From Babesia bigemina (lineage: Eukaryota), in contig NC_027217.1 of assembly GCF_000981445.1 (NCBI RefSeq), positions 310,001 to 374,000 of the forward strand: a stretch of 64,000 bases of DNA. The letters are read 5' to 3'. How positions within the stretch are numbered: the stretch's first letter is position 1; every line of letters starts with the position of its first letter. The notes beneath the pieces were generated by a model. That model saw only the letters and a program-made list of their open reading frames with translations. It ran no database searches and had not been told where the DNA came from. This document shows positions 9,827 to 20,566 of the stretch, in pieces. The position numbers were made by a program, and so were the translations under genes.

Positions 9827-11350
9827 TCATAGAGCCACCATTATATTTGTTGCTACCATGATTTGAATAACCATAGTCCCCATTGCAACAATCCCCGATT
9901 TATCACTATCACGCTTCGTTTTACGCATCGTGTTGGGAAGGTTACCTGTTTCTTGTGGCCCGCCCGATGCACCCCCAGCTTCCCCTTCAGCTGTTACGTG
10001 ACGCTCGCTTGGTTCTGGTGTACTCTCCTTAGTAGTCTTTGGTTCTGGTTTTTGCGTTGGTTCTTTTGGCTCGGTTGTATTTGGTGTGGTATTAGAGTCA
10101 TTGGGCATGGCAGTTTCTGTTGCGGTTTCGTTCACCTCGTTGTGCTCCGGTTGGGGTATGCTTACAGTATGGTTAGCTTGTGTTTGTCCCATTTCGGCTT
10201 CAAGAAATCTCAGAATCCTTAGTATACTCCAGGCGTCCCAATCTATCCTTAGGATAGATGCAACGTCAACAATAGTTCCGTACTCCTCGAAGGCGACCTC
10301 GAGCTGCCGTTGCTCGTCTATTAACCGGGATGCTTTTGTGGATTGCGGATCCATCTCTTGCAACATATCATTGATATATGCGTAACGCTTGTAAATATTC
10401 CACGCATTTGTGAGATCTCTTATTTCGTCATAACGCATGTCGTAATCGCGTTGGACATCAAGAATCACGGCATTGTATCGATTGAACACACTACCTGCTG
10501 CGTGTAACTTGAAATTATCCACCAAAGGGCCCTTCAGTATTGCATCTATTTTTTTCGCAATTTCATTAACGTAACCCAACGTTTTGAATAGAGAGCGATC
10601 ATTGAGTAATTCTCGCATCGTTTCATTACCTTCGTCAGATCTAGGGTCATTTCGATGCAGATCGTTTGGACGCACACCTATACTGTTCACCGTATCTGAC
10701 TCGAGTGTTGCTTGTTTGTCGCCGCCTAACCCAGATGACCCTTCATCGTCAGACTGCGTAGATCCTTGACCCGTGTGTTGTCGAATGAATATGCTCGCTT
10801 GTCTGACCACTGCTCTAAAGTGCGCCGCATTGTCGAATCTCAAGATTTCTGATGCCACCTGTTCAATGTCTTTGAATTGTTCTTCTAGGTTCGTCAAAGC
10901 GTTCTGCAGTTCGGCATACCTCTCCCGTGTTAGGCTTTTTCTTTTCTTGCACCTAGTTACTGCACTGTATTCATTAATAATCTCTCTTAATTCGGTGTAA
11001 CGGTCATGCAAACTGGTAATGTCCTCGATATCACGTATGAGTTGACGACACTCTTCTGCTATCGCTTCTTTAATTTTAGGTGAAATGGTAGATTGACGTA
11101 GATTCAATAACACAGACATTAACTGGCTCCAAAGTTGGTTTTGAGGCCGGGAAAGTGTTTCAAGGCGTTTGACTCTGCGGTAAAATTCTGCATTATCGGC
11201 GTAGAATGCAATGCCTTTGGCCGGTGTCTCTACATTACCCGGTTGCTCATCTGTCATAGGAGAGGCCCCAGCCAACCCATTATAGCCAACGGCGTAGAAA
11301 CCAAATAATGCTACGACCCATCGCCGTCCATAGCTACGGATAGGCGCCAT
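9827..11350 (-). CDS. Predicted GPI-anchored, helical/coiled-coil surface protein
   Basis: ATG at 11350 gives a signal-peptide-like start (MAPIRSYGRRWVVALFGFYAVGYNGLAGA). A helical body and Thr/Pro/Glu-rich stalk follow, ending in a terminal hydrophobic stretch after small residues (DKSG-IVAMGTMVIQIMVATNIMVAL*). Confidence 0.7.
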   Translation of the reverse strand: MAPIRSYGRRWVVALFGFYAVGYNGLAGASPMTDEQPGNVETPAKGIAFYADNAEFYRRVKRLETLSRPQNQLWSQLMSVLLNLRQSTISPKIKEAIAEECRQLIRDIEDITSLHDRYTELREIINEYSAVTRCKKRKSLTRERYAELQNALTNLEEQFKDIEQVASEILRFDNAAHFRAVVRQASIFIRQHTGQGSTQSDDEGSSGLGGDKQATLESDTVNSIGVRPNDLHRNDPRSDEGNETMRELLNDRSLFKTLGYVNEIAKKIDAILKGPLVDNFKLHAAGSVFNRYNAVILDVQRDYDMRYDEIRDLTNAWNIYKRYAYINDMLQEMDPQSTKASRLIDEQRQLEVAFEEYGTIVDVASILRIDWDAWSILRILRFLEAEMGQTQANHTVSIPQPEHNEVNETATETAMPNDSNTTPNTTEPKEPTQKPEPKTTKESTPEPSERHVTAEGEAGGASGGPQETGNLPNTMRKTKRDSDKSGIVAMGTMVIQIMVATNIMVAL

Positions 11351-12716
11351 TTTTATGGCAACAAAAGAACAAGCGCATCGAAAGCAGACGATCAACCTTA
11401 CTATCACAATGTTGCGTTATGCTGGACGATGCCGCACGCTATCTGCTGCAACGGCAATCAAGGCTTTCAAGCAACCGAGGGAGATTTACTAGGGGCGGTG
11501 AGCTGGCGGGAGAATAAAAGATTCCGAATGGCTAAAAATATTTTACGATGCAGAACGTACTTTTTCCAATAATTGCTATCCTGCGCCACCGGAAATGTAT
11601 ACACAGTAGAGTCACCGTGAAAATTCCTTACCACGTATCCACTTTTCTTGTCGCCGACGCATGTAGACACCAATAAATCCGAGATATATAGGTGAGGCCA
11701 ATGGCCTCGAACACCTGTAACTCCTATATCTAATAGACAAACAAAGACGAGAGGGTTGGTATTGCAATGCAAAGAATTTGCCATGCATTGGAGGACATGT
11801 AGTATGTTTATGGGCACGTTCCCTCGAGACAAAACTATGAAATGGTTGATACTTTGTAACATAAATGCGTCGGTAATTACTATATTGACCGTTGAAATGC
11901 ATTGTATACTAGCGGCTGACGCTGTTGGGTATTCATCACGGCAAGGAAATATTTATTATATCTGTATTTCGAGTTGTGCAGTGTTATAAATGAATCTGCG
12001 TATCACTGGAAAAACCTTCCACATTTGATCTAGGCTTATGTCATGCACTTATCGGCGTATGTGCCAGGTCACGGTGCGTCCTGTTGCCAAGCGCATATGG
12101 CACCATCCCGTTGGATCTGTGCAATGCCGTATAATGTGATGCCGCATTGGGGGACACAACGCTTAAACGGCTCACAAGGCCAGTAAGTGTATAGCCCTCA
12201 TCAATGACGATTACTTTCATGTTTGGTCGTTTCAGGCGGAACTACATCATCTATCCTCAAGAGAAGTGGGATAGAAGATTGATTTGTCATGTGATATTAG
12301 GTATAGGCATTAATGCACCTTCCAGTCAACGGGCATTACGCGTTTGTCCCACTGCCAGTCCACCAATATTTCTAGAGGCGCCGCTTATCGATACTCCACG
12401 TAAGTATGCTTATAGCAGCGTACACGATTTACAACCTGCGGATCACCAAGCAAGATGTCGGCTATGCGTACATTGGAGCTTGCGACGTTCAAACGACTTG
12501 CCACAACGTGCCATGAATAGCATTGACGCAACACAAGATTATGTTGTCACACTTGGCGACACCGGCATAGGGTACGATGTGTGTACGTGACACTGGTAAT
12601 AATTACACTTCATAATTAGAAATCTATGGTAAGAATTCGTCGATAGCTACTGACTGGTGGATCGGAGTCGGCACCTTTTTGTGTCTGGCCGCTTTCACAG
12701 CTCTTGCAATCTCCTA

Positions 12717-13475
12717 TCAATAGAACGCCCAGAATCCAGCAAGATCATAGAGTATGATAAATATATCCAAATCCACACTTTTGAACGCCTTGACGACATC
12801 AGCAATGCTCATGTTAGCTTGGCATTCCGGCTCTCTGAAGCCCGCAGCGTTCAACACGTCACTCATATGCTTCTCCGCATTCGCATTTAAACTCTCCCAA
12901 ACCGATAGCGCTGTCGCATCAAACAGCGAACGTAGACCTACGTACAACATTGGCATAATTCCAACTAAGACCGCTGCACAATCTTCCGGCTTTTCGGAAC
13001 ATGATTTCTCCCACGTCGCTTCGGAAGTATAGGCCGACTTATATTTGCCAGGGGCTTTTATTTTGTTCAAGAACTGCTCAGAATCATATACAACTCGACC
13101 TATATTCGATGCAATGGCGTCAGGGTCCATTTGTTGGGTCTGCACGATGTTCTCGAATTCGCTTTTGGCGTCATTTTTACCCCGTCTAGCAAACAATCCA
13201 GTTTTACTCATACGCTTACTGAATCTGCCCAGCAATCTTTTTACGGACCACTCGTCCTTGAGCGCCTCTTGCTCCATGAACTCTTTAGAAATACGTTTAA
13301 CTTCTTCTAGAGCTGGCACCTCCGTGAATCCAACAGGCTTGTCTTCGAGCAAATCGTAAACTGCAGCACCCATTTCCTCCATGTGATATTGAAAATCATC
13401 TCCCTTCAAGGCGATCAACCAGTCAATGCCCTCCTTGAGGTTACGAGGGGCCTGAGTCAACGAATTGTATGCCAT
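12717..13475 (-). CDS. Short ves/VESA1-N-terminal-like family protein, paralog B
   Basis: MAYNSLTQAPRNLKEGIDWLIALKG...YKSAYTSEATWEKSC...LYDLAGFWAFY*; ATG at 13475. Confidence 0.85.
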   Translation of the reverse strand: MAYNSLTQAPRNLKEGIDWLIALKGDDFQYHMEEMGAAVYDLLEDKPVGFTEVPALEEVKRISKEFMEQEALKDEWSVKRLLGRFSKRMSKTGLFARRGKNDAKSEFENIVQTQQMDPDAIASNIGRVVYDSEQFLNKIKAPGKYKSAYTSEATWEKSCSEKPEDCAAVLVGIMPMLYVGLRSLFDATALSVWESLNANAEKHMSDVLNAAGFREPECQANMSIADVVKAFKSVDLDIFIILYDLAGFWAFY

Positions 13476-13738
13476 TTTGATAAGATTCGTCAATTTATGC
13501 GATTGATATACACGTGTAGATACTTTGGTTTATTTTTAGACCAATTCGCTTACAGCCCCGTATGGAGCCGGCAGAGCTAATGCCAGACGTGCTTCAGCGG
13601 CGGATTAGCATAACAGCGGTGTTGCCTTCCAGTGCTAAAACGTCTAATTGAAAACTATATACCCGTTTACAGATCAAAAAAAGCAGACTTTGAAGGCACA
13701 ATGGCGACAGAGGTGTCGTATCGCAGCAATATCTACAC

Positions 13739-13757
13739 AATTAACGTGACATGCAGT
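13739..13757 (-). promoter_or_regulatory. Conserved upstream motif of the ves-like paralogs, copy at gene B
   Basis: The minus strand reads ACTGCATGTCACGTTAATT, ~280 bp upstream of ATG 13475. Confidence 0.45.
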
Positions 13758-13852
13758 GCGCAGAACGCGTCACTAACATACACATTTTTCTGGCAGGAAC
13801 AACGGCTCCCGAATCCAGATTTGTAAAATAACAAGTGGCTACGTATATTGAT

Positions 13853-14199
13853 TCGAAAGGCTGCGTTTTATTGCCATTCGCATATTGCAGCGGCTGTGGT
13901 CAGTCGCGCAATCTACTTCCTATCAACACAGCAGTCGCATGATGCGGGGCGTAAACAGCCGCCGTGCCGTCTTTCACGGCTAGCATAATTGTTTTTTGCT
14001 GGAAGCGGATGTTGCAAGCTTCGCGTCGCACATCTGCGGGCTGCCGTTAGCAGTTTTAGCTGTCGTGGTATTCTGGAGGTCGCGTTTACTGTGCTGTTAC
14101 ACCGATATGCGACTCTACTTTGCTAGACGATAATTCACTTTTTTTTGCATTGCACTGATTCTTCACGTTGGAATAGCTGAACGCCACGGAACCCAGCGC
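13853..14199. repeat. Inverted repeat arm B (~350 bp non-coding); partner at 51809-52157
   Basis: Near-identical to the reverse complement of 51809-52157, with only scattered substitutions. Confidence 0.95.
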
Positions 14200-15209
14200 G
14201 CTAAAATCTCTTTGATACGCAAATATGCAGCATGGCGTATCGCATAGTGCACTATTCAAGTCCACAGTAGTAACGAAAAGTTAGAAGGAAAGCCAGAGAA
14301 CAATTGAGTTGGCCATAGGCGCAGATGCGTTGCCGACACAGTAGCTCGTACAGTGGAATCGTCCTGTGACTCAAACATAGCATCCAGAAAAGGCTGCGAA
14401 CTGTTACTAACAAACAGTTTTATTAATCAATATGTTTCCCGTTTATGTTACACTTTAATTCTGCGTACGTCAGCAGAAAAACAACGCCACCACGTTAAAT
14501 ATGGCCATTGAAATGTCCAATGTAGCACGCAAAATGTACTCAGATGTGCACTTTTAGCGCGTATATCGCTTTTTTTGGTTGCGCCAATATTAAACCGACG
14601 TATCCAACCTTCAAATCTAATTTGGGCAGCAGTAAGCGATATATTACATGGGATGGTACAATACTGACGTGTATAAAACAACATAAGTTCTGCAAATTAT
14701 TCAGATAAGTACGGCGTGTCCCCGCATAACGGAGCCGCGCGCAACACCGCCGTCGTCAGGCCACCGTTGGTGAGATATACCGCTGTAAGGTAATACAGCC
14801 GCCGTACGTGCAGTAATTAATTATGTACAATATTTGATTTCGCCGTTCTAAAGCGCCGATTCTTGAGAAGCTAAGCACTTCCTGATTCCGTATTGCACGC
14901 GTATAAGAACGTGTGATGGATTTGGATCAACACAAATTGTTGCTGTGATTTCGGTTTTTCACGTTAAATAAACATTTGTTGTGCAGTGAATGTGTCATAT
15001 CTAGCAGTCAAACTTGATTTATGACGGTGGATGTGTATCTCTTATATCGGCGGTTCGGCGCATTGAAAGGAGCGGCCTTCCTAATGGCAATATGGGCTTA
15101 TAATACAAAATTTTGAAGACTAAGTATTCGAGGAACGTTACGGCTATCATGAAGTTATAGGTGGGCGTGGCACTTTGACTCGTTGCCACGAGCTCTTGTA
15201 TCATCAAAG

Positions 15210-16466
15210 ATGTCGACGAGGGAGGCTGAGCCTTCCACGGCGGATCTGCCGCCAATAAGTACCGTGGAAGTATGTAGGATGAAATCGTTCATTCTGATAA
15301 ATGTGGCTGCGTGTGTAACCTTATTGGCAACGCTGGCGGTGGTATTCATACCGTTCCCAGGGCTACGTGTTACACGCCAAATTGAGACGATCGACATTAA
15401 TCTCAACGAGCACACGCTACCTGCGCTGATTTACGTAGAAGCAAAGGAAGAGGATGATCAACGTATGAATTTCTATATCAATACGCGTTATCCTTACCAT
15501 TCCATCGGCAACGTCACTCTTGGTGAGGCGGTCCTTCCAGTTTCTAAGCACTGCAGGAATCGATTCGTGGCGTCATACTACACTGATAAGCCAATCAGCA
15601 TTCCGTCCTATGTGAACGTGTATGATCTATACAGTGGCGCGATTGCAGTCACAAAATTTTTTAAGTCGAACGCTCCACTCGTGTACGTACAGTACGATAG
15701 TTCGGCATATGTGATTCCGCACGAGCTCTCGGATCCTCTAAATTTGGAAGCAGATATACACGATCTGTTATACAACGACGTTCAATACGCCATTAAGACA
15801 CGTTTCGAAGATGCGGATGGGAAGATTGTGCGCGACGTTAAGTTCACTGCCAATGTCAAAGAGGTTACTCTAAAGATCGGTCAAATATCGTCTAAGTTCA
15901 CCAATGATGTGGCTACATTTGCTGTTAGGACCGTAGACATGCCAAAATACGAAGTCATAAGGATAGCTGTACACCCACTAACGAAGACCGCGCCGCATAA
16001 ACATGTTTACTACGTACACGGAAGCAATTGGAAGCTTGCATACGAAGGCAACCAAGGGTTGCAAAAGCTATCAAATGATCACAACATAAAAGAACGTCTT
16101 ACGGAAGGGATGTTCGACGTACATCGCGTGCGTATTGAGGATGGGCAGCAGATACCCATGGAGTGGACCACTCCTCTCCACAGCAAGCTTCATTACCATG
16201 AAGCCAGCGCGGACGGCTGGAAGTATACGTTCTTTTTTGCGGATAAAAGCCACATCCTGGGTGACAATATCTTGGGTGGTGTTATACATAAAGATGCCTC
16301 AACCCCAGCTGCGGTTGCAACGGATCGTATTATCATTGTGTATGACCAGGCGAAAGAGAGTGACCAACCACGAGGCTTTATCTGCACGAAACGGGAACTA
16401 GAATACGTGTACAGCCCCATATCTGGACCAGGCAAATCCCGCCCTGAAATGCCAGAGACACCATGA
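15210..16466 (+). CDS. Hypothetical protein with an N-terminal signal anchor/TM and a beta-rich ectodomain
   Basis: Long ORF with first ATG at 15210 and a hydrophobic FILINVAACVTLLATLAVVFIPF segment. No family recognised. Confidence 0.65.
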   Translation: MSTREAEPSTADLPPISTVEVCRMKSFILINVAACVTLLATLAVVFIPFPGLRVTRQIETIDINLNEHTLPALIYVEAKEEDDQRMNFYINTRYPYHSIGNVTLGEAVLPVSKHCRNRFVASYYTDKPISIPSYVNVYDLYSGAIAVTKFFKSNAPLVYVQYDSSAYVIPHELSDPLNLEADIHDLLYNDVQYAIKTRFEDADGKIVRDVKFTANVKEVTLKIGQISSKFTNDVATFAVRTVDMPKYEVIRIAVHPLTKTAPHKHVYYVHGSNWKLAYEGNQGLQKLSNDHNIKERLTEGMFDVHRVRIEDGQQIPMEWTTPLHSKLHYHEASADGWKYTFFFADKSHILGDNILGGVIHKDASTPAAVATDRIIIVYDQAKESDQPRGFICTKRELEYVYSPISGPGKSRPEMPETP

Positions 16467-17027
16467 TCCCAACGCAGCTCCGAATATAAGCATTCGTCAC
16501 GCAACCGTCTTCAACTCACTCAGCGTCTATTGTTATGTTTGGACGCAATGTGTTTGATACATCTCACTAAATGGACGTTTTGTGAAACATATTGGTAGTT
16601 TTTAGCTGCATTGCTTGGTTTGGTGTGGGTCTCGTTCACCTTTAGTGTTCATGTGGAGCAGCAATGGAGCACCGCACAAACACCTTCAACTACCTGCGTC
16701 GGATAATCGACAACTAGACTGGAAACTTCTCCATGTTGGTCGTCTAGGGGTATTGGTTATGTGGTTACGTCATCTTTTCTTGCCTCTGCTTTGTTCCTCA
16801 TCGAATGCAGTGACGAGATGTTTTGTGTACTGAACTCATCTTGAAATACACTGATGATAGTTACGTTGCACTGTTCGCGTCAGAATCGCATTTTCTGGAT
16901 GTTTGCCAATGGAATCCTTCGGTGTGATGTGTGTACCAAGCGTCCGTTGCTGTGTACACCTGGTTGTCATTGTCAGCAATGTACAACTCATCGGCGATTT
17001 CCGATTGTTCGAATATACTGCCACAAA

Positions 17028-18906
17028 ATGCCTGATAAGATTTTAAGCGTTCTTAAGACAACTTTGCACGACCTTCTTTTGTTACTAGATATAGCTTCCG
17101 CTGAGGCACAGAACCATCAGCTCATTGAAGAATCTGCCCATAAGGTGGCTCATGACTACTATAACTTCGCAAATGGCGTCATTTCCATCCTGCAGCACAG
17201 AGTGAACGATGCCTCCGACGTTAGTCATGGCCTCCACCTGCCGGACAACGCAGCGATAGGCGTACCCAGCTTGTTCACGGGGAAGGCCGCACCGATACTA
17301 CGGGACATATATTCCACATCGTGCAAGATCAAATGCGCTGTGGTAAAGCGTTGGACACAATGCGAAGATGATTCCAGTCACCACTTGGATGGTAGGGAAT
17401 TTTCCTTACAGGGGCAGTTGCCGCTATTACCCTTTGCCAGTGGCCATGCGACATCCAAGGCACTCAAAAAACTGTCGTTAGATATAGGAGGCACGCTCAT
17501 CAAGATGGCCTACTGTTGCCAGTGCAACGACTGTGACGCATTTTCACTGGTGTATTGCGCCCAGCATGCGCTTCATGATCTGCTTCATTGTTTGGAGCGC
17601 CACTACAACATTGACCGGGTTTCACATTGCGAAGTTGACCGCAACCTTCGGAGGATGCTGCCTACAATGATACGGCTCGACAGTGATTCGGTGATTCGAT
17701 TTCGACGGTTTAAAGTGGACTCATTGGGTCATGTGATAAGCGTCTTGTTGGGTACGTTTTCCCCTGATACATTTCGGCAATTCCTTTGCAGAGCACAACT
17801 TGGTTGATGAGAACACACAAATTAACGCTACGGGTGGAGGAGCGTACAAGTATGCCAAACTTTTCCGGGAGCGTCTGCCTCAATGCCAGTTTCGCCAAAT
17901 CCCCGAAATGCCTTGCGTGGTTGGGGGTACGGAGTCAATGCACGACGTGCACAGTTGTTTTATAAGATACCACTTGCGTGAAGGGTACACGCAGTTAACC
18001 AGTGTGGTGGGGGAGTTCGCGTTCTAAATGACATGCTGCACTTAGGCCGTTTGCTATCCGTACCTAATCGTGAACATCGGATCCGGTATATCGATACTAA
18101 ACGTAAGTGTTTTCGTACCGTTTCCTATTACGCCGCCCTCATGTGAAAGCTTGCGTCCACAAAGTATAATGCAGTCCAGAGGTCAACGTGATGGTGGTTG
18201 CAAACCTGTTGCTGACGTGGTAACAACCCTTCAGTAAACCATGTGGTGTATTGTTATTCGCTTGACGTACCGTGCTTATCTATGCCCCGTATTCGATTGC
18301 AAGACATGTTCAGGTTACTTCCAAGGGATGCTTCGAAAGGGTAACTGGGACTAGCATAGGCGGCGCCACTGCGCACGGGTTGACAAACACACTTTTGGGC
18401 CTGGAAACCTACGAAGACTTCCCGATTTTGTATGATAAAGGTATTTTGGGTGTCATCTGTGGGTCATGGACGAGCAGGCACAAATTGCATGGACAGCTTC
18501 TCCCCAGCGCCTCCGGAAGCCACGGCGTCGTCGGACAGGCTAAAGGCTAGGTAGGTTAGCGTTCGTTACGTATGACACATGTGCAGCTTCGGAGCTTCCG
18601 ATGGGCACGTGAGGTAACCTCAGTATGATGTCGAGATCATGTTGCAGCGTCGAAGACGTTGCTCGCAGCACGAGCGACATGGTATCGTACAACATTGGCC
18701 AAGTGGCCTTCCTTGTAGCGAGGAGTTACGGGGTGAATCGCATAGTGTTTACGGGATCGTACACCACCAATTACCGGATGACGATCGACGTCGCCGCGCG
18801 TGCCGTGGCATCGATGGCGGAATCTTACGAAGTGGCTCCTATGGATGTACTCGTATCCGTGTGTGGGTCATATGCAGGTGCCTTAGGATGTTTGCTGTCG
18901 CCATGA
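17028..18906 (+). CDS. PANK: Type II pantothenate kinase (multi-exon)
   Basis: Motifs LSLDIGGTLIK, INATGGGAYKY, YPYLIVNIGSGISIL, FERVTGTSIGG, YNIGQVA and GALGCL are spread over exons separated by GT-AG introns (e.g. 17752-17791). Confidence 0.9.
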
Positions 18907-19194
18907 GACAACTGTGTTGCGCAATGCGCAATGACCTACATCACCTGACGGGGCTGTTTTGTCTAGGCAATACGCTCGAGCGCAGGCTCGTCCTGTCAGA
19001 ACATTTGCATAAAATAACATACTATTTGAATGTTTCTTCTTACACATTGCCGTGACTCTCGCACTAGACTGCCGATGTGCGTTGCCCTATGAATCATGTA
19101 TGAACGCGGTTACCTGAGAGTTTGTGGCAGCTTGAGGCCGTAAGAGGCCGCATATGGCCGTAAGAAACACCTATAAGCCACCCTAACTCGTACC

Positions 19195-20405
19195 ATGGCG
19201 CCATTTCGGTCGCTTGCAAGGTAGGTGTGTGGAATACGTCGTCCAACGGTTGAAGGTTGAGCAACATCGCTAAGGTATCGCAATACGTGGACAAGGTAGC
19301 TGACCTTGGGCGCAAGAATCTGCTATTCCGCGTTGATTTTAAGCATCTATACTCTATTTGGCAGCTGTAAGTTTATGTATTTTACCAGCGGATGTACATC
19401 ATGAATATTAACTACGATTTTCGATGCCATTAATTCAACACGCGAGTGAATAAACACTAGTATTATGTGATTAAATTGCCGATTATGCTTTGTGACTCCG
19501 TACTTTGTGCGTTCTCGCGATTGCCCCGCGCAGCGCCTCCCCTGTTTGCATGACTAATGCGCTCAATCTGTTGTCGCTATGACTCTGCTCACAGCTGCAA
19601 ATCTCACGAGGAGTACAAGCTCGGCCTAATAGCTGTGAATCACTTTTACAACTTCGGACGCCAGTTAAGTCCGGAGGGCGTGAACAAGCTGTTCGTCTTC
19701 AGCATGCGATGCGGTGAGCTAGAGGAGTCCTTGAAGGTAAGCAATTCTGCTGCCACCGGTACCCCAAAGACACATTGCCCGTACGTATTGATCATTAAAT
19801 CACTGCATAAATTGGCACGTTCGTCACCGGAGCATTTTGCGCCTCAACATTTTTCAGTTGCTGGAGGGCGCTCGGGATTGGCTGCCCAAACCACCGGACA
19901 TCGATTTGGTTTACGGCCTAATGGCGTCTTTTGTAACCAAAAGGGATTACTTGAGTGTGAAGCGCGTATTCAAGGCGATACGGTCAAATTGGTGGGTATG
20001 CAGCAAATGTTTCACCATCGTGGTTAGGCAAATGCGGCTCACAGCGAAGGCCTATCGGCTATGCATCGAAGCCATGCTGTGCTCGGATGAAAACCCGCTG
20101 GAGGAAGCGTTGATGGTAAGTGGGTGTATCGGCTTGTTACCATCTTCAGGTCTACTGCGACTCCGCAGTCATGGGCATTGCGCTACCTTCGGAGGTCCAC
20201 GCCTTGTTGCTGAGTAGGTTATGCGCGTTTCGTGACATATGTCGTAGACTGCTTACATCGCAAAATTGCCCTGGAACCCGCTAAAGCGGCGTTTTACGAG
20301 ACTTCTGCTCTGAGCGTGCGAAATCGCCTCGGCGAAGAGTGCATGAATGAGGGCGGTTACAAAATCTCAAGAGCCACTTCACCGAAAATAACACTTCGCG
20401 CCTAA
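19195..20405 (+). CDS. Hypothetical multi-exon helical protein, possibly mitochondrial
   Basis: The spliced model reads MAPFRSLARLSNIAKVSQYVDKVADLGRKNLLFRVDF...CKSHEEYKLGLIAVNHFYNFGRQL...EEALMVYCDS...LRA*, with canonical GT-AG junctions and an Arg-containing, acid-free N-terminus. Confidence 0.6.
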
Positions 20406-20444
20406 TTAAAGTCGCTAAAATAGCGTTGCCAACGTTTTTCCAAA

Positions 20445-20517
20445 TACGGGCACCGAGGCTCGAACTCGGGATCTTCTGCGTGTAAGGCAGACGTCATAAC
20501 CACTAGACCATGCCCGC
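20445..20517 (-). tRNA. tRNA-Val (anticodon TAC)
   Basis: The minus strand reads GCGGGCATGGTCTAGTGGTTATGACGTCTGCCTTACACGCAGAAGATCCCGAGTTCGAGCCTCGGTGCCCGTA. It shows an acceptor stem, D-loop GG, anticodon stem TCTGC/GCAGA around CTTACAC and a TTCGA T-loop; 73 nt. Confidence 0.97.
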
Positions 20518-20566
20518 TCTCCCCGAAGGCCTATTTTAGTGTCCATAAGTGTGTTACTCAGTTGAA

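Noticed and set aside
9087..9830. Small ORFs duplicated at 47180-47968
   Set aside because: They are conserved only because the DNA is a recent repeat; they are short, lie on both strands and have no coding signature.
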